Of a DNA stretch of 64,000 nt, positions 11,455 through 21,204 are shown piece by piece. The notes under the pieces were generated by a model. It was not told where the DNA came from, made no database searches, and saw nothing but the letters and a program-made list of their open reading frames with translations. Position numbers and translations under genes: made by a program. The stretch is from an uncultured Bacteroides sp. (GTDB taxonomy: Bacteria; Bacteroidota; Bacteroidia; Bacteroidales; Bacteroidaceae): the NCBI RefSeq assembly GCF_910586915.1, contig NZ_CAJULN010000009.1, positions 3,754 through 67,753 on the forward strand, in the 5' to 3' direction. How positions within the stretch are numbered: the stretch's first letter is position 1; each line of letters begins with the position of its first letter.

Positions 11455-12954
11455 ATGACCTTGATTCTTGCCATCATTCCGGTATTGCTATTAATCGTAT
11501 TAATGGCTTTTTTCAAAATGCCGGGCGACAAAAGTAGTATCATCTCCTTAATTGCAACGATGCTGATTGCGTTTTTCGGCTTTGCCTTTTCGGTAGATAA
11601 CTTGTTGTATTCTTTTTTATATGGAGCGTTGAAAGCAGTCTCCCCCATTCTAATCATTATACTAATGGCGATTTTCAGCTACAACGTATTACTGAAAACG
11701 AAGAAGATGGAGATTATAAAACAACAGTTCGCTTCCATTTCTACGGATAAGAGCATTCAGGTATTGCTGCTGACTTGGGGATTCGGCGGACTGCTGGAAG
11801 CAATGGCAGGATTCGGGACGGCAGTTGCCATTCCGGCAGCAATTCTTATCAGCCTGGGCTTCAGACCGGTATTCTCGGCTACTGTGAGCCTGATAGCCAA
11901 CAGCGTAGCTACCGCTTTCGGAGCTATCGGAACTCCGGTGCTTGTATTGGCGAAAGAGACAAACTTGGATGTGTTGACTCTTAGCACCAATGTCGTACTG
12001 CAATTATCAGTCCTCATGTTCCTTGTTCCGCTTGTATTGCTTTTCCTTACCGACCCCAAACTGAAATCACTCCCCAAAAATCTGTTTTTAGCTCTCTTGG
12101 TAGGCAGCGTTTCCTTAATCAGCCAATATCTTGCAGCTAAATATATGGGAGCGGAATCTCCCGCCATCATCGGAAGTATCCTGTCTGTCATCGTCATTGT
12201 GCTTTATGGCAAACTGACTGCATCGAAAGAAGAAAAGGCACGAAAAAGTTCGTTGAAGGCAAAAGAGATTCTGAATGCATGGAGCATCTACCTGCTCATT
12301 CTTTTTCTCATTATTCTCACCAGTCCGTTATTCCCGGGATTGCGGCACACGCTGGAGAGTAACTGGGTGACAAGCATCAGCCTGTCTATCAATGGTTCTA
12401 CCGTCAGTTACAGCATTTCATGGCTGACTCATGCAGGAGTATTGCTTTTCGTGGGCACTTTCATCGGCGGACTGATACAGGGAGCTAAAATCAGGGAGTT
12501 GTTCGCCGTGCTTTGGGATACCGTCAGACAGTTGAAAAAGACTTTCATCACCGTTGTGTGCCTGGTTGGACTGTCTACCGTCATGGACACTTCGGGAATG
12601 ATTGCCGTTATTGCCACGGTACTCGCCACGGCTACGGGAAGTTTATATCCGTTGTTTGCACCGGCCATCGGTTGTTTAGGTACGTTTATTACCGGAAGCG
12701 ACACTTCCTCCAACATCCTTTTCGGCAAACTACAGGCAAGTGTAGCCGGACAAATTCATGTCAATCCCGATTGGCTTTCGGCTGCAAACACGGTAGGAGC
12801 CACGGGTGGGAAGATTATCTCTCCACAAAGCATTGCCATCGCTACTTCTGCCGGAAACCAGCAAGGCAAAGAAGGGGAAATTCTGAAAACTGCCATTCCG
12901 TATGCATTGGCTTATGTGGCAATTACAGGAATTATCGTCTATATTTTCAGTTAA
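11455..12954 (+). CDS. L-lactate permease (LctP/LutP family)
   Basis: Multi-pass membrane protein with EAMAGFGT, AFGAIGTP, GSDTSSNILFG and GKIISPQSI motifs. Confidence 0.9.
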   Translation: MTLILAIIPVLLLIVLMAFFKMPGDKSSIISLIATMLIAFFGFAFSVDNLLYSFLYGALKAVSPILIIILMAIFSYNVLLKTKKMEIIKQQFASISTDKSIQVLLLTWGFGGLLEAMAGFGTAVAIPAAILISLGFRPVFSATVSLIANSVATAFGAIGTPVLVLAKETNLDVLTLSTNVVLQLSVLMFLVPLVLLFLTDPKLKSLPKNLFLALLVGSVSLISQYLAAKYMGAESPAIIGSILSVIVIVLYGKLTASKEEKARKSSLKAKEILNAWSIYLLILFLIILTSPLFPGLRHTLESNWVTSISLSINGSTVSYSISWLTHAGVLLFVGTFIGGLIQGAKIRELFAVLWDTVRQLKKTFITVVCLVGLSTVMDTSGMIAVIATVLATATGSLYPLFAPAIGCLGTFITGSDTSSNILFGKLQASVAGQIHVNPDWLSAANTVGATGGKIISPQSIAIATSAGNQQGKEGEILKTAIPYALAYVAITGIIVYIFS

Positions 12955-13102
12955 TCTCTCCCCCAAATATATCTTTACCGAATACAGAGGTATTGCCTGC
13001 CCGAAAACGTTGCATACACACGCATGAGCCTTATATAAAACTAATCTTTTTCCTGCGATGGCCTGTCGGCTGCCATGCGAATGTCTGTCGGTTTTCTTAC
13101 TA

Positions 13103-13206
13103 AAATTTATTCGTCTGACTATAGTGACCGTTTCGTCTGACTATAGTCAGACGAAAGAAACACTACAGTCAGACGCAAGTTCAACTATAGTCAGACGAAT
13201 AAATTT
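13103..13206. repeat. Palindromic 22-bp-period repeat element
   Basis: 23-bp terminal inverted repeats AAATTTATTCGTCTGACTATAGT (13103-13125 / 13184-13206); internal perfect 26-bp palindrome at 13131-13156; cores spaced 22 bp apart. Confidence 0.85.
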
Positions 13207-13342
13207 ATGCATCCCGACCGTTAGTCTGTAGGCAACGGAAAATTAAATCGTAGGCAATTCTCCACTAACCGATTGGAGAATGGTAGGTATTTCATTTCAG
13301 ATATAAAAGGTAAAGAGATGATTCGTTAACCCAACCATTCTA

Positions 13343-13891
13343 TCATATACCAAGTCCTTTTGTTATCACCGGAAGTCCGAAGAATCCTCTTTGCAAAGTC
13401 AAGGTTCTTGTACCTCCTGTCCGCGTCTTATTATAGACCGACAAGGAAACATGAACATCTTTCTTCATACCATTTTTAAAAGTCACTTGCAAGTAGTACT
13501 CTTTACGCACTCCATCTGCCACGTATCTCCCCCGCCCTACCCGGCGGGTTTTCCTATGTGTCTTTTGAAATTTCCGTTGTACCACCACCTCTTCTTCCTG
13601 TGTAGAAGAGGGATCGGCCAGGCAATAGTTACCTATAAGGAACAAGGCATAAGAAAGAGTTCCCACACATAACAAATGGCACAGGAGATTCGCCGTTTTA
13701 TTATCACAAGTAGTCAGCCATACCCACTTCTTGTAAAAAGGGAAGGTAATACCGGCTATCGTCAGCGCCATTCCAACAGGTATCCACCACGCCGACAATG
13801 TTTTTTCATAAAGCATATAACCACCGACACCTGCCAAGAGAATAATAAAGAGCGTCAGTCCGCGAAGTATATTAACGAAAGTCTGTTTCAT
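13343..13891 (-). CDS. Hypothetical membrane protein
   Basis: Three hydrophobic segments followed by a basic beta-rich C-terminal domain ending GFFGLPVI; own -7 box TATCTTTG at 13917-13924. Confidence 0.75.
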   Translation of the reverse strand: MKQTFVNILRGLTLFIILLAGVGGYMLYEKTLSAWWIPVGMALTIAGITFPFYKKWVWLTTCDNKTANLLCHLLCVGTLSYALFLIGNYCLADPSSTQEEEVVVQRKFQKTHRKTRRVGRGRYVADGVRKEYYLQVTFKNGMKKDVHVSLSVYNKTRTGGTRTLTLQRGFFGLPVITKGLGI

Positions 13892-13961
13892 AATAATGTC
13901 AACTTGTATCCGCTTGCAAAGATAAGAAAAAGCAAACCATTGTATCTACATATACAGGCAT

Positions 13962-14030
13962 AAAAAAAGGCTATCTATCCCAGACAGCCAATCTTTGTTG
14001 TTAACCTTAAATCTAATACTATGAAAAACA
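13962..14030 (-). ncRNA. Candidate ~70-nt small RNA
   Basis: -33 TTTG (14063-14066), 19-nt spacer, -7 TATCTTTG (14036-14043); ends in hairpin GGCTGTCTGGGATAGATAGCC plus T7; no plausible ORF on this strand. Confidence 0.7.
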
Positions 14031-14139
14031 CATTGCAAAGATACGGACTTTCCGGTTATCTCCAAATTTTCGAAGCAAAGCAGCGTATCTTATAATATGG
14101 TTTAACAAAAGCAATAGACTTGTTAACATTTAACACAAA

Positions 14140-14170
14140 TCGCTCGTTCGTTAACACACGAGCGAGCGAA
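14140..14170 (-). terminator. Terminator of the ABC export operon
   Basis: TCGCTCGTTCG / CGAGCGAGCGA stem about 10 bp past the stop at 14181. Confidence 0.55.
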
Positions 14171-14180
14171 TGATTCGGTG

Positions 14181-16601
14181 TTATTCATATCGTAAGGAAC
14201 GGGCAGGTTTGGCGATTATAATCTTCATTGTCTGCACAGCTACCGTCACAAACGAAATAAACAGCATCAGTAATACGGGTACTACAAAGAACCATGCTTT
14301 CAGTTCCGTATGGAAAGCATAATGGCTCAACCATGCATCCATGCTGAACCATGCTACGGGAAGGGCAATGGCCACCGCTATCAGAATCAGCACGAAGAAC
14401 CCTTTGACCAACTCATAAAACAGTGCGAACCGCGCAGCACCCAACACTTTGCGTATTCCCATCTCCTTGACCCGTGTGGAACAGGAGAACATCACCAATA
14501 CCCAAAGTCCCAGACAGGAAATAAATATTGCCAATGCGGTGAAGGCACCCATCATCACGCCGAATATTTCATCCTGGCGATACTGGCGGTCAAAGAATTG
14601 GTCGAGGAAGAAATAATCGAAACTGGTGTCGGCAAAATAGCGGTTCCACACCTCTTGCACTTGCGATACCAGTTCGCGAGGGTCGCCGGCTGTCATTACC
14701 ACAGAGATATAACGCTGCGGCAACCAGTCAATCTTATCTTTATGAATGAGCATGATGGGCGTATATTTCTTGTTCAACGACTGTTGGTGATAGTCTTTTA
14801 CCACTCCGATAATCTGCATCGGAGCGTCGGTACATTCGACGGTTACCAACTCTCCTATCGCTTCGTCGTTGGATGCAAATCCCAAGTTGCGTGCAGCCGT
14901 TTCGTTAATCACCAATTTGTCCACATCTCCACCATAGTCTTCCGAAAAACTTCTGCCCGCCACCACGTGCATCCCGTAGGCTTCGACGTAATCGGGATCG
15001 CAAACTAACATTTCATAGAGCCGGTTTTGCTTCAAAGCATCATTCGTGCGGTGATTGGAAAGGAAAGTAGCCACCTCCTCGCCCGGCACAGCACCGGAAA
15101 ACGTGACACGCTGCACCAAAGGCAGGCGGTTTATCGCCTTCTTCATTGCTTCCAACCTGACATTCATTCCTTCCGTACGTCCGGGAAATTTAACCACCAA
15201 TGTCCGGTCGGTCCTTACGCCCAACGACTGGCTGCGCATAAAGTTCAATTGCGCAAAGACAATCAAGGTGATGCAAAGTAATATCATGGACGCGGTATAT
15301 TGGACGACTACCAACATCCGGCGTGTCCGCTCGCCGGAGGCGCTATGCAGAAATTTTCCCTTCAACAGCGTTATGGGCTTCCGTCCCAACAGGGCTTGTG
15401 CAGGATAGTAACCGGAGAGGAACACACCTGCCATGAAAACCAGCAGCAACCATACCCACCTATCATTCACCAGCCAGACAGAAAACATAACGGCACGCCC
15501 TACCAACCGGCTGAAAGAGGGCAACACCAATTCGATTAACCCTACGGAGAGAACGAAAGCCATCAGATTCATGACGAACGATTCAAACAAAAACTGATGA
15601 ATCAACTGCCTGCGGAAAGCTCCTATCACCTGCCGCACTCCCACCTCTTTGGCACGCTCCATCGAACGGGCTACGGTGAGATTTATATAGTTAATCCAGG
15701 CAATCGCCAAAATGGCAAACGCAGCGAAAACCAATGCAATCATCGCCGAGCGGTTACCTTTGGTCTCTGCTTCGTATCCGAGTTGCGGCGTCAGGTGCAC
15801 ATCGGTCAAAGGAACCAATGAGACTCCCCACCGTTTGTTTTTCAATGCTTCTTCCGTCTTGTATTTCTCTGCCATCGCAGGAAATTCCCTCTCTATTTCT
15901 GCTTTCCGTTCGGGCGATTCGAGCAACACGTATGTATAGGCTTCGTGCTTATACCAGTACTCATGCATATATAGAGGCAGAGATTGATAAGATATCAGAA
16001 AACTGTAATGTATATGCGAATTGGAAGGCATCTCTTTCATCACTCCGGTCACTTCGCACGAAACCTTATCGTATGTTCCGGTAAACACGAGTATCTTGCC
16101 GAGAGGGTCTTCGTCTTTGAAATACTTACGGGCGATACGTTCGGTGATGACCACCTGCCCCGGCATGGAAAGGCAGGTATTCCTGTCGCCTTTGAGAAGT
16201 TCAAAATCGAAAAGGCGGAAAAAGCCCGGATCGGCATAAGCTATCTGATTCTCACGTAAGGTCAGATTGCCGTATTTCACTAACTGTTCCGGTTGCCACA
16301 GGGAAGCGATGCGGGTATAGTCTTCGATTCCGGCAAGGTGTTCCTTCATTGCCGAACCGTATCCGAAGGAGCTGCTTGCCCAATAGTCGGTAAGCACCTC
16401 TCCTTCGTGGAAAGTACTTTGCACACGGTATATATTGGCGTGCTTTGTGTGCATTTTATCGTAGCTGAACTCAAAAATGACATAAGTAAGAATCAGCAGT
16501 GCCGACGCCATACCAATCGCTAAACCGGCTATATTGATAAAACTGAACCGTTTCCGCTTCATCAGGTTCCGCCAGGTGCTATTCCAGTAGTTTCCTATCA
16601 T
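14181..16601 (-). CDS. MacB/FtsX-type ABC transporter permease (two repeats)
   Basis: INIAGLAIG, RAKEVGVR and RVKEMGIRKVLGA motifs, two periplasmic domains, C-terminal PARSLRYE. Confidence 0.92.
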   Translation of the reverse strand: MIGNYWNSTWRNLMKRKRFSFINIAGLAIGMASALLILTYVIFEFSYDKMHTKHANIYRVQSTFHEGEVLTDYWASSSFGYGSAMKEHLAGIEDYTRIASLWQPEQLVKYGNLTLRENQIAYADPGFFRLFDFELLKGDRNTCLSMPGQVVITERIARKYFKDEDPLGKILVFTGTYDKVSCEVTGVMKEMPSNSHIHYSFLISYQSLPLYMHEYWYKHEAYTYVLLESPERKAEIEREFPAMAEKYKTEEALKNKRWGVSLVPLTDVHLTPQLGYEAETKGNRSAMIALVFAAFAILAIAWINYINLTVARSMERAKEVGVRQVIGAFRRQLIHQFLFESFVMNLMAFVLSVGLIELVLPSFSRLVGRAVMFSVWLVNDRWVWLLLVFMAGVFLSGYYPAQALLGRKPITLLKGKFLHSASGERTRRMLVVVQYTASMILLCITLIVFAQLNFMRSQSLGVRTDRTLVVKFPGRTEGMNVRLEAMKKAINRLPLVQRVTFSGAVPGEEVATFLSNHRTNDALKQNRLYEMLVCDPDYVEAYGMHVVAGRSFSEDYGGDVDKLVINETAARNLGFASNDEAIGELVTVECTDAPMQIIGVVKDYHQQSLNKKYTPIMLIHKDKIDWLPQRYISVVMTAGDPRELVSQVQEVWNRYFADTSFDYFFLDQFFDRQYRQDEIFGVMMGAFTALAIFISCLGLWVLVMFSCSTRVKEMGIRKVLGAARFALFYELVKGFFVLILIAVAIALPVAWFSMDAWLSHYAFHTELKAWFFVVPVLLMLFISFVTVAVQTMKIIIAKPARSLRYE

Positions 16602-17314
16602 ACGGTTTCACTTTTAGAGGTCGTGTTCCTGTCCAATGGGCGGTTGATGTTTTCGGCGATGATTTGTCCGTCCAGCAGTTGGATGACCCGATGGGCGTAC
16701 ATGGCATCCCGTTGGGAGTGGGTGACGATGATAATGGTAGTCCCTTGCCGGTTCAGTTGGCTCAGCAGTTCCATTACTTCCACACCGTTTGTCGAGTCGA
16801 GATTGCCGGTGGGTTCATCGGCAAAAAGCAGTTTGCAGTCCGTCACTACGGCGCGGGCAATGGCTACGCGCTGTTGCTGCCCGCCGGAGAGTTGTTGGGG
16901 GTAATGGTTGGCACGATGTTGCAGATTCACCTTTTCAAGTATCTCCGTTACCTTTTCTTTGCGCTTGCCCGCCTTGACGCCTGTATAGACGAGGGGCAAC
17001 TCCACGTTCTCATACACGGTCAGCTCGTCGATGAGGTTAAAGCTCTGGAAGATAAAGCCGATGTTGCCCTTCCGGAGAGCGGTGAGCTGGTTCTCGTTCA
17101 TGGTATCCACTCGTTTTCCTTCAAAGAAATAAGTACCCGAACTGGGTGAATCGAGCGTACCCAAGATATTCAGCAAAGTTGATTTGCCGCATCCCGAAGG
17201 CCCCATAATGGCTACAAATTCTCCCTGTTCCACCTGTAAGGTGACTTCGTTCAATGCTTTTGTCTGCACCTCTTCGGTAGTGAAGAGCTTCGTCAGTTTT
17301 TCAGTCTTAATCAT
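16598..17314 (-). CDS. ABC transporter ATP-binding protein (LolD/MacB-like)
   Basis: GPSGCGKS Walker A, LSGGQQQRVAIARA signature, ADEPTGNLD. Confidence 0.95.
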   Translation of the reverse strand: MIKTEKLTKLFTTEEVQTKALNEVTLQVEQGEFVAIMGPSGCGKSTLLNILGTLDSPSSGTYFFEGKRVDTMNENQLTALRKGNIGFIFQSFNLIDELTVYENVELPLVYTGVKAGKRKEKVTEILEKVNLQHRANHYPQQLSGGQQQRVAIARAVVTDCKLLFADEPTGNLDSTNGVEVMELLSQLNRQGTTIIIVTHSQRDAMYAHRVIQLLDGQIIAENINRPLDRNTTSKSETV

Positions 17315-17336
17315 AATCTATTCTATAGTTGTTTAG

Positions 17337-19745
17337 TTATTCATATTTCAAAATACGCATCGGTTTCAGGCAGATGATACGCCGTACCTGGCGAAAGACG
17401 GTAAGAAACGCAATCAGCATGAGCAACGCGAAAGCCACCGAATATATCCACCACGGCAGCGAAATGTGGAAAGCATAGGTTTGCAGCCAACCGTTCATCA
17501 GCACTGCCGATACAGGGATGCCGATGGCAGAGGCAAGTACCGTAAGCATCATCAGTTCTTTCGTCAGAATAAAGAACAAGCTGCTTTTGCCGGCACCGAG
17601 CACTTTGCGGATGCCCACCTCCTTCAAGCGCGACAAAGTGGAAAACAGTGTCACAATCCACAAACCGAGACACGCCACAAACACGGCGAGCAACGAAGCA
17701 CTGACAAATATCCAGCCAAAATTACGGTCGGATTTATACAAGAAAGTATTCAAGTCGCTCAAGAAGAAATAAGAGAACAGCGAGGTCGGGAAGTATTCGC
17801 GATACATCTCTTCGATTTCCGCCAATGCACTGTCTCCCTCCTCGCCTGTCAGCCGGATAGAGATGTAAGGAGTGGCGATGAACGGTACGCGTTCTTTCAG
17901 GAAGAAGATAATCGGTTTGTAAGCAACGGAAAGCGACTGCTGGTGATAGTTTCTCACGACTCCGATTATCTCGAGAGGGTCATTCACCACCTCCATTTTC
18001 ACCTGCTGCCCTACGGCAGCTTCGGGCGAGTCGTAGCCCAACAGTCTGACGGCTTCCTCGTTAAGTACTATCCGGTTGAAGTCGCCTCCAAACTCCTCGG
18101 AGAATCCCCGTCCGCAAACCATATCAGGCATATAGGCGGAGAGATAATCATAATCGACGGCAAACATCTGTATGAGTTTCACTTGCGAAGGGTCGCTTCC
18201 ATAAGGACGATTGGTGAAATAGTTGGCTACCTCCACCCCGGGGACAGCTCCCGAAACGGTAACGTGGCTCACGTCTGCCCGCTGCTTCAGACGTCTGGTG
18301 AAACTTTCGAGACGCAGCGCCAACCCTTCGGTAAATGAAGGGTACTTAACAACTAACATACGCGAATGGGCTTCGGCAGCATTCTCACGCTGCATATAAC
18401 GCACCTGCCCAACCACCGTAAACGTGCCGGCAATCAAGACAAACGACGCCGCAAACTGAACCACAATCAGTATCTTTCTTATCCGGTTGCCACGTTTGCC
18501 GTGCAACAGTTTTCCCCTCATTATCTCCGACGGACGTATCGTAACCATCAGATAGGAAGGATAAAGCCCCACGACAAATGTACCAACAATCACTATTCCG
18601 ACCACCATTCCTCCAAAGAGCGGAGACATCAGTATGTCTGCCCCGAAGTTCTGCCCCACCCAGCGATAGACAAAAGGCAACAGGAGTTCCAGCCAGCCGA
18701 GAGCTATCAGCGTAGCCAACAGATTCATGAAGCCTGATTCGAGAAGTCCCTGAATAATAATCTGACGGCGCGAAGCACCGAACACCTTGCGCAGCCCGAA
18801 CTCACGGCCGCGTTCCAGGAAGCGCGCCACGGTCAGGTTCAAAGCGTTTGCCCAACCTATCAGCAGCAGGGCAACTGCCATCACCAACAGGATAAAGACT
18901 GCCGTGCGGCTTCCTTTCACCTCTTTTTCGTAGGCTTTTTGCGGCGTAAGGTGAATGTCTTTCAAAGGTATCAGCTCTACTGCCCACTTCTTATGTTTCA
19001 AAGCCTCGGTCCTATATTTGTCGGAGATGGCGAGGAAAGCCTCCTCAACCTCTGCGGGCTGCTTACCGGACGCGAGGCGGACGTAGGTATAGACTCCGTG
19101 AATGTACCAGATGTCTTGCCGCTCTTTAGGAATCGTACTGTAAGAAAGCAGAAAATCATAATGCAGGTGGGAGCGGACGGGCATATCCGCTATCACGCCG
19201 GTGACTTCGAAGTTCTGCTGCGAAGAAGAGGTACTGAAGGTGAGCACCTTGCCTATCGGGTCTTCGCCGTCAAAATAACGGCTTGCCGCACGCTCGGTAA
19301 GCACCACCGTATTGGGACGCACCAATTGTCCGGTCTTTTCTCCTTTCAGAATCGGGAAATTAAATATCTCGAAGAAAGCAGGTTCGGCATAGCAGTAATG
19401 CTCCTCGGCAAACCTTCTGTCGAAGTAGTTCACCACCTGTTCGCGGTCTTGCGCCGTCACGCGGACATACTTCTCGATACCGGCTATCTCACGCGCCATT
19501 GCCGGCGCGTGCCCGTAGGCTGTGGTCGCCCAGTTGTCTGTCAGCGTCTCGCCTTCGTACAGCCGGCTCTCGACACGATATACACATTCACCGGAGTGGA
19601 ACGAATCGTAGCTCAATTCCGACCATACGTAAAGTATGATAAGCAGTGCCGTTGCAACACATACGGACAATCCCGTTATATTTATCAGCGTCAGGGATTT
19701 CTTCACCCGCTGACTACGCATCACTTGTGAAAGGTAATTAATCAT
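17337..19745 (-). CDS. MacB/FtsX-type ABC transporter permease (paralog of 14181-16601)
   Basis: INITGLSV, EFGLRKVFGA and KEVGIRKVLGA motifs, C-terminal LKYE. Confidence 0.92.
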   Translation of the reverse strand: MINYLSQVMRSQRVKKSLTLINITGLSVCVATALLIILYVWSELSYDSFHSGECVYRVESRLYEGETLTDNWATTAYGHAPAMAREIAGIEKYVRVTAQDREQVVNYFDRRFAEEHYCYAEPAFFEIFNFPILKGEKTGQLVRPNTVVLTERAASRYFDGEDPIGKVLTFSTSSSQQNFEVTGVIADMPVRSHLHYDFLLSYSTIPKERQDIWYIHGVYTYVRLASGKQPAEVEEAFLAISDKYRTEALKHKKWAVELIPLKDIHLTPQKAYEKEVKGSRTAVFILLVMAVALLLIGWANALNLTVARFLERGREFGLRKVFGASRRQIIIQGLLESGFMNLLATLIALGWLELLLPFVYRWVGQNFGADILMSPLFGGMVVGIVIVGTFVVGLYPSYLMVTIRPSEIMRGKLLHGKRGNRIRKILIVVQFAASFVLIAGTFTVVGQVRYMQRENAAEAHSRMLVVKYPSFTEGLALRLESFTRRLKQRADVSHVTVSGAVPGVEVANYFTNRPYGSDPSQVKLIQMFAVDYDYLSAYMPDMVCGRGFSEEFGGDFNRIVLNEEAVRLLGYDSPEAAVGQQVKMEVVNDPLEIIGVVRNYHQQSLSVAYKPIIFFLKERVPFIATPYISIRLTGEEGDSALAEIEEMYREYFPTSLFSYFFLSDLNTFLYKSDRNFGWIFVSASLLAVFVACLGLWIVTLFSTLSRLKEVGIRKVLGAGKSSLFFILTKELMMLTVLASAIGIPVSAVLMNGWLQTYAFHISLPWWIYSVAFALLMLIAFLTVFRQVRRIICLKPMRILKYE

Positions 19746-19754
19746 CTTACAAAA

Positions 19755-21002
19755 TTATTTCAGTATCAGTTTTTCGTTATCGCCAAATAATTCATAGCCG
19801 GACACAATCACCCGGTCGCCTGGTTTCAACCCTTCGGTCACTTCATAGTACTGCGGGTTTTGCCGCCCGATGCGGATGGGGCGGCGGATAGCAAATTTAC
19901 CACTTTCGTCGACAACATACATCCATCTCCCGCCGCTAATTTGGAAAAATCCGCCTCGCGGCACCAAAATAGCCTGTGCAGGGTCGCCCAACTGAAGGTT
20001 GATGTGATAGGTTTGTCCAGCACGTATATTCTCCGGCCGTCCGGCAGTGAACTGCAGGTCGGTGCGAAACTGCCCTTCTTTCACTTCGGGATAGGCTTTG
20101 GTCACTTTCAGCCGGTAGGTATTTCCGTCGCGGACAAAATCGGCCGGAAGTCCGGGCAGCACACGTTCCACGTAATGTTCGTCTATCTGCGCCTGTACCT
20201 TCAAATCGGAGGTGATAATCTGACCGATGTGTTCGCCTGCCGAGATGGATTGCCCCACCTGCGCATTGAGGTTTCCCACCTGTCCGTCAATCGGCGCTTT
20301 GATTTTCAGGTTTTCCAGCCGTTCGCGCACCAACGTAAGGCTACGCTTCATATTCCGGATGTTCTCGTCGAGACTGCTTATCTGACTTTCGCGAAAGATA
20401 TCCTCCTGCCGGATGCGCTCGTCGATGATGCGGAGTTGCTCTTTGGCTGCTTCGTACTCTTCCTCCGCTTGCAGGAAGTCTTCACGGGCTATCAGTTGTT
20501 CTTCCACCAGGCGTTTGTATTGCCCGTAACGGCGTTTCTTCGCAGTGAGTTCCTTGTTCAGCCCGATGCGTTCCTGCCTGAGTTGCAGGCGTACCTGCTC
20601 CATGCTGATGCGGGTATTGCGCAATTCGTTCTCCTGGTAGGCAAGGTCTGCTTCGCTTTGCATGATGCCGATATTCAGCAACGGATTGCTGAGACGCAGA
20701 ATCACGTCGCCGGCCTTTACCACTGCACCTTCTTCTTTGAGGCGTTCTTCCACACGTCCGCCTTCGATGGCGTCCATATAGATGATGCGGTTGGGCGTCA
20801 CCTCGCCGATGACACGGATGTAGTCATTAAATTCCGCTTGCCGAACGGTGGCAATCGTCAGCCGCTCCTTCTCTACGGTCATGGCAGAGGAGGTATCTCT
20901 GAAAACAAGATATAGCACCGTGGCAACGGCAAAGAGTGCGCCACCTATTATATATAGGTGTTTGCGTTTGAAGCCGGAGGTAGGTTCGATGAGTGTATCC
21001 AT
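19755..21002 (-). CDS. Efflux periplasmic adaptor (MacA/HlyD-like)
   Basis: Single N-terminal TM, lipoyl half-motifs (EGAVVKAGD, IKAPIDGQV), coiled coil, C-terminal EGLKPGDRVI. Confidence 0.9.
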   Translation of the reverse strand: MDTLIEPTSGFKRKHLYIIGGALFAVATVLYLVFRDTSSAMTVEKERLTIATVRQAEFNDYIRVIGEVTPNRIIYMDAIEGGRVEERLKEEGAVVKAGDVILRLSNPLLNIGIMQSEADLAYQENELRNTRISMEQVRLQLRQERIGLNKELTAKKRRYGQYKRLVEEQLIAREDFLQAEEEYEAAKEQLRIIDERIRQEDIFRESQISSLDENIRNMKRSLTLVRERLENLKIKAPIDGQVGNLNAQVGQSISAGEHIGQIITSDLKVQAQIDEHYVERVLPGLPADFVRDGNTYRLKVTKAYPEVKEGQFRTDLQFTAGRPENIRAGQTYHINLQLGDPAQAILVPRGGFFQISGGRWMYVVDESGKFAIRRPIRIGRQNPQYYEVTEGLKPGDRVIVSGYELFGDNEKLILK

Positions 21003-21041
21003 AAAGAGTTTATTAAGTTATATGATTATCTGCTATTTTTC

Positions 21042-21184
21042 CTTGCCGTATGGCTGGTTTGCAATATATATAGATGCTACTTCCAGCGCATATATGTCCT
21101 GTTTCCAGCATCCATATGCGCTGCGTCCAGCATCTATATGTCTTGCACGCAGCGCATATATACGCTGTAACAGGCTGATTATTA
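21042..21184. repeat. 22-bp-period intergenic repeat module, copy 1
   Basis: Five degenerate units (consensus about TCCAGCATATATATGTCCTGCA) at 21060-21169, led by CTTGCCGTATGGC and ending CTGTAACAGGCTGATT. Confidence 0.85.
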
Positions 21185-21204
21185 CGTTGTAATAAGTTCA
21201 TTTA

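Noticed and set aside
14021..14095. 24-codon + strand ORF MKNTLQRYGLSGYLQIFEAKQRIL
   Set aside because: It overlaps a clear - strand promoter and has no supporting features; the sRNA interpretation fits better.
21060..21169. Tandem units considered as a CRISPR array (also at 13.1, 37.8 and 48.4 kb)
   Set aside because: Units are contiguous 22-mers without unique spacers, and there are no cas genes in the window.
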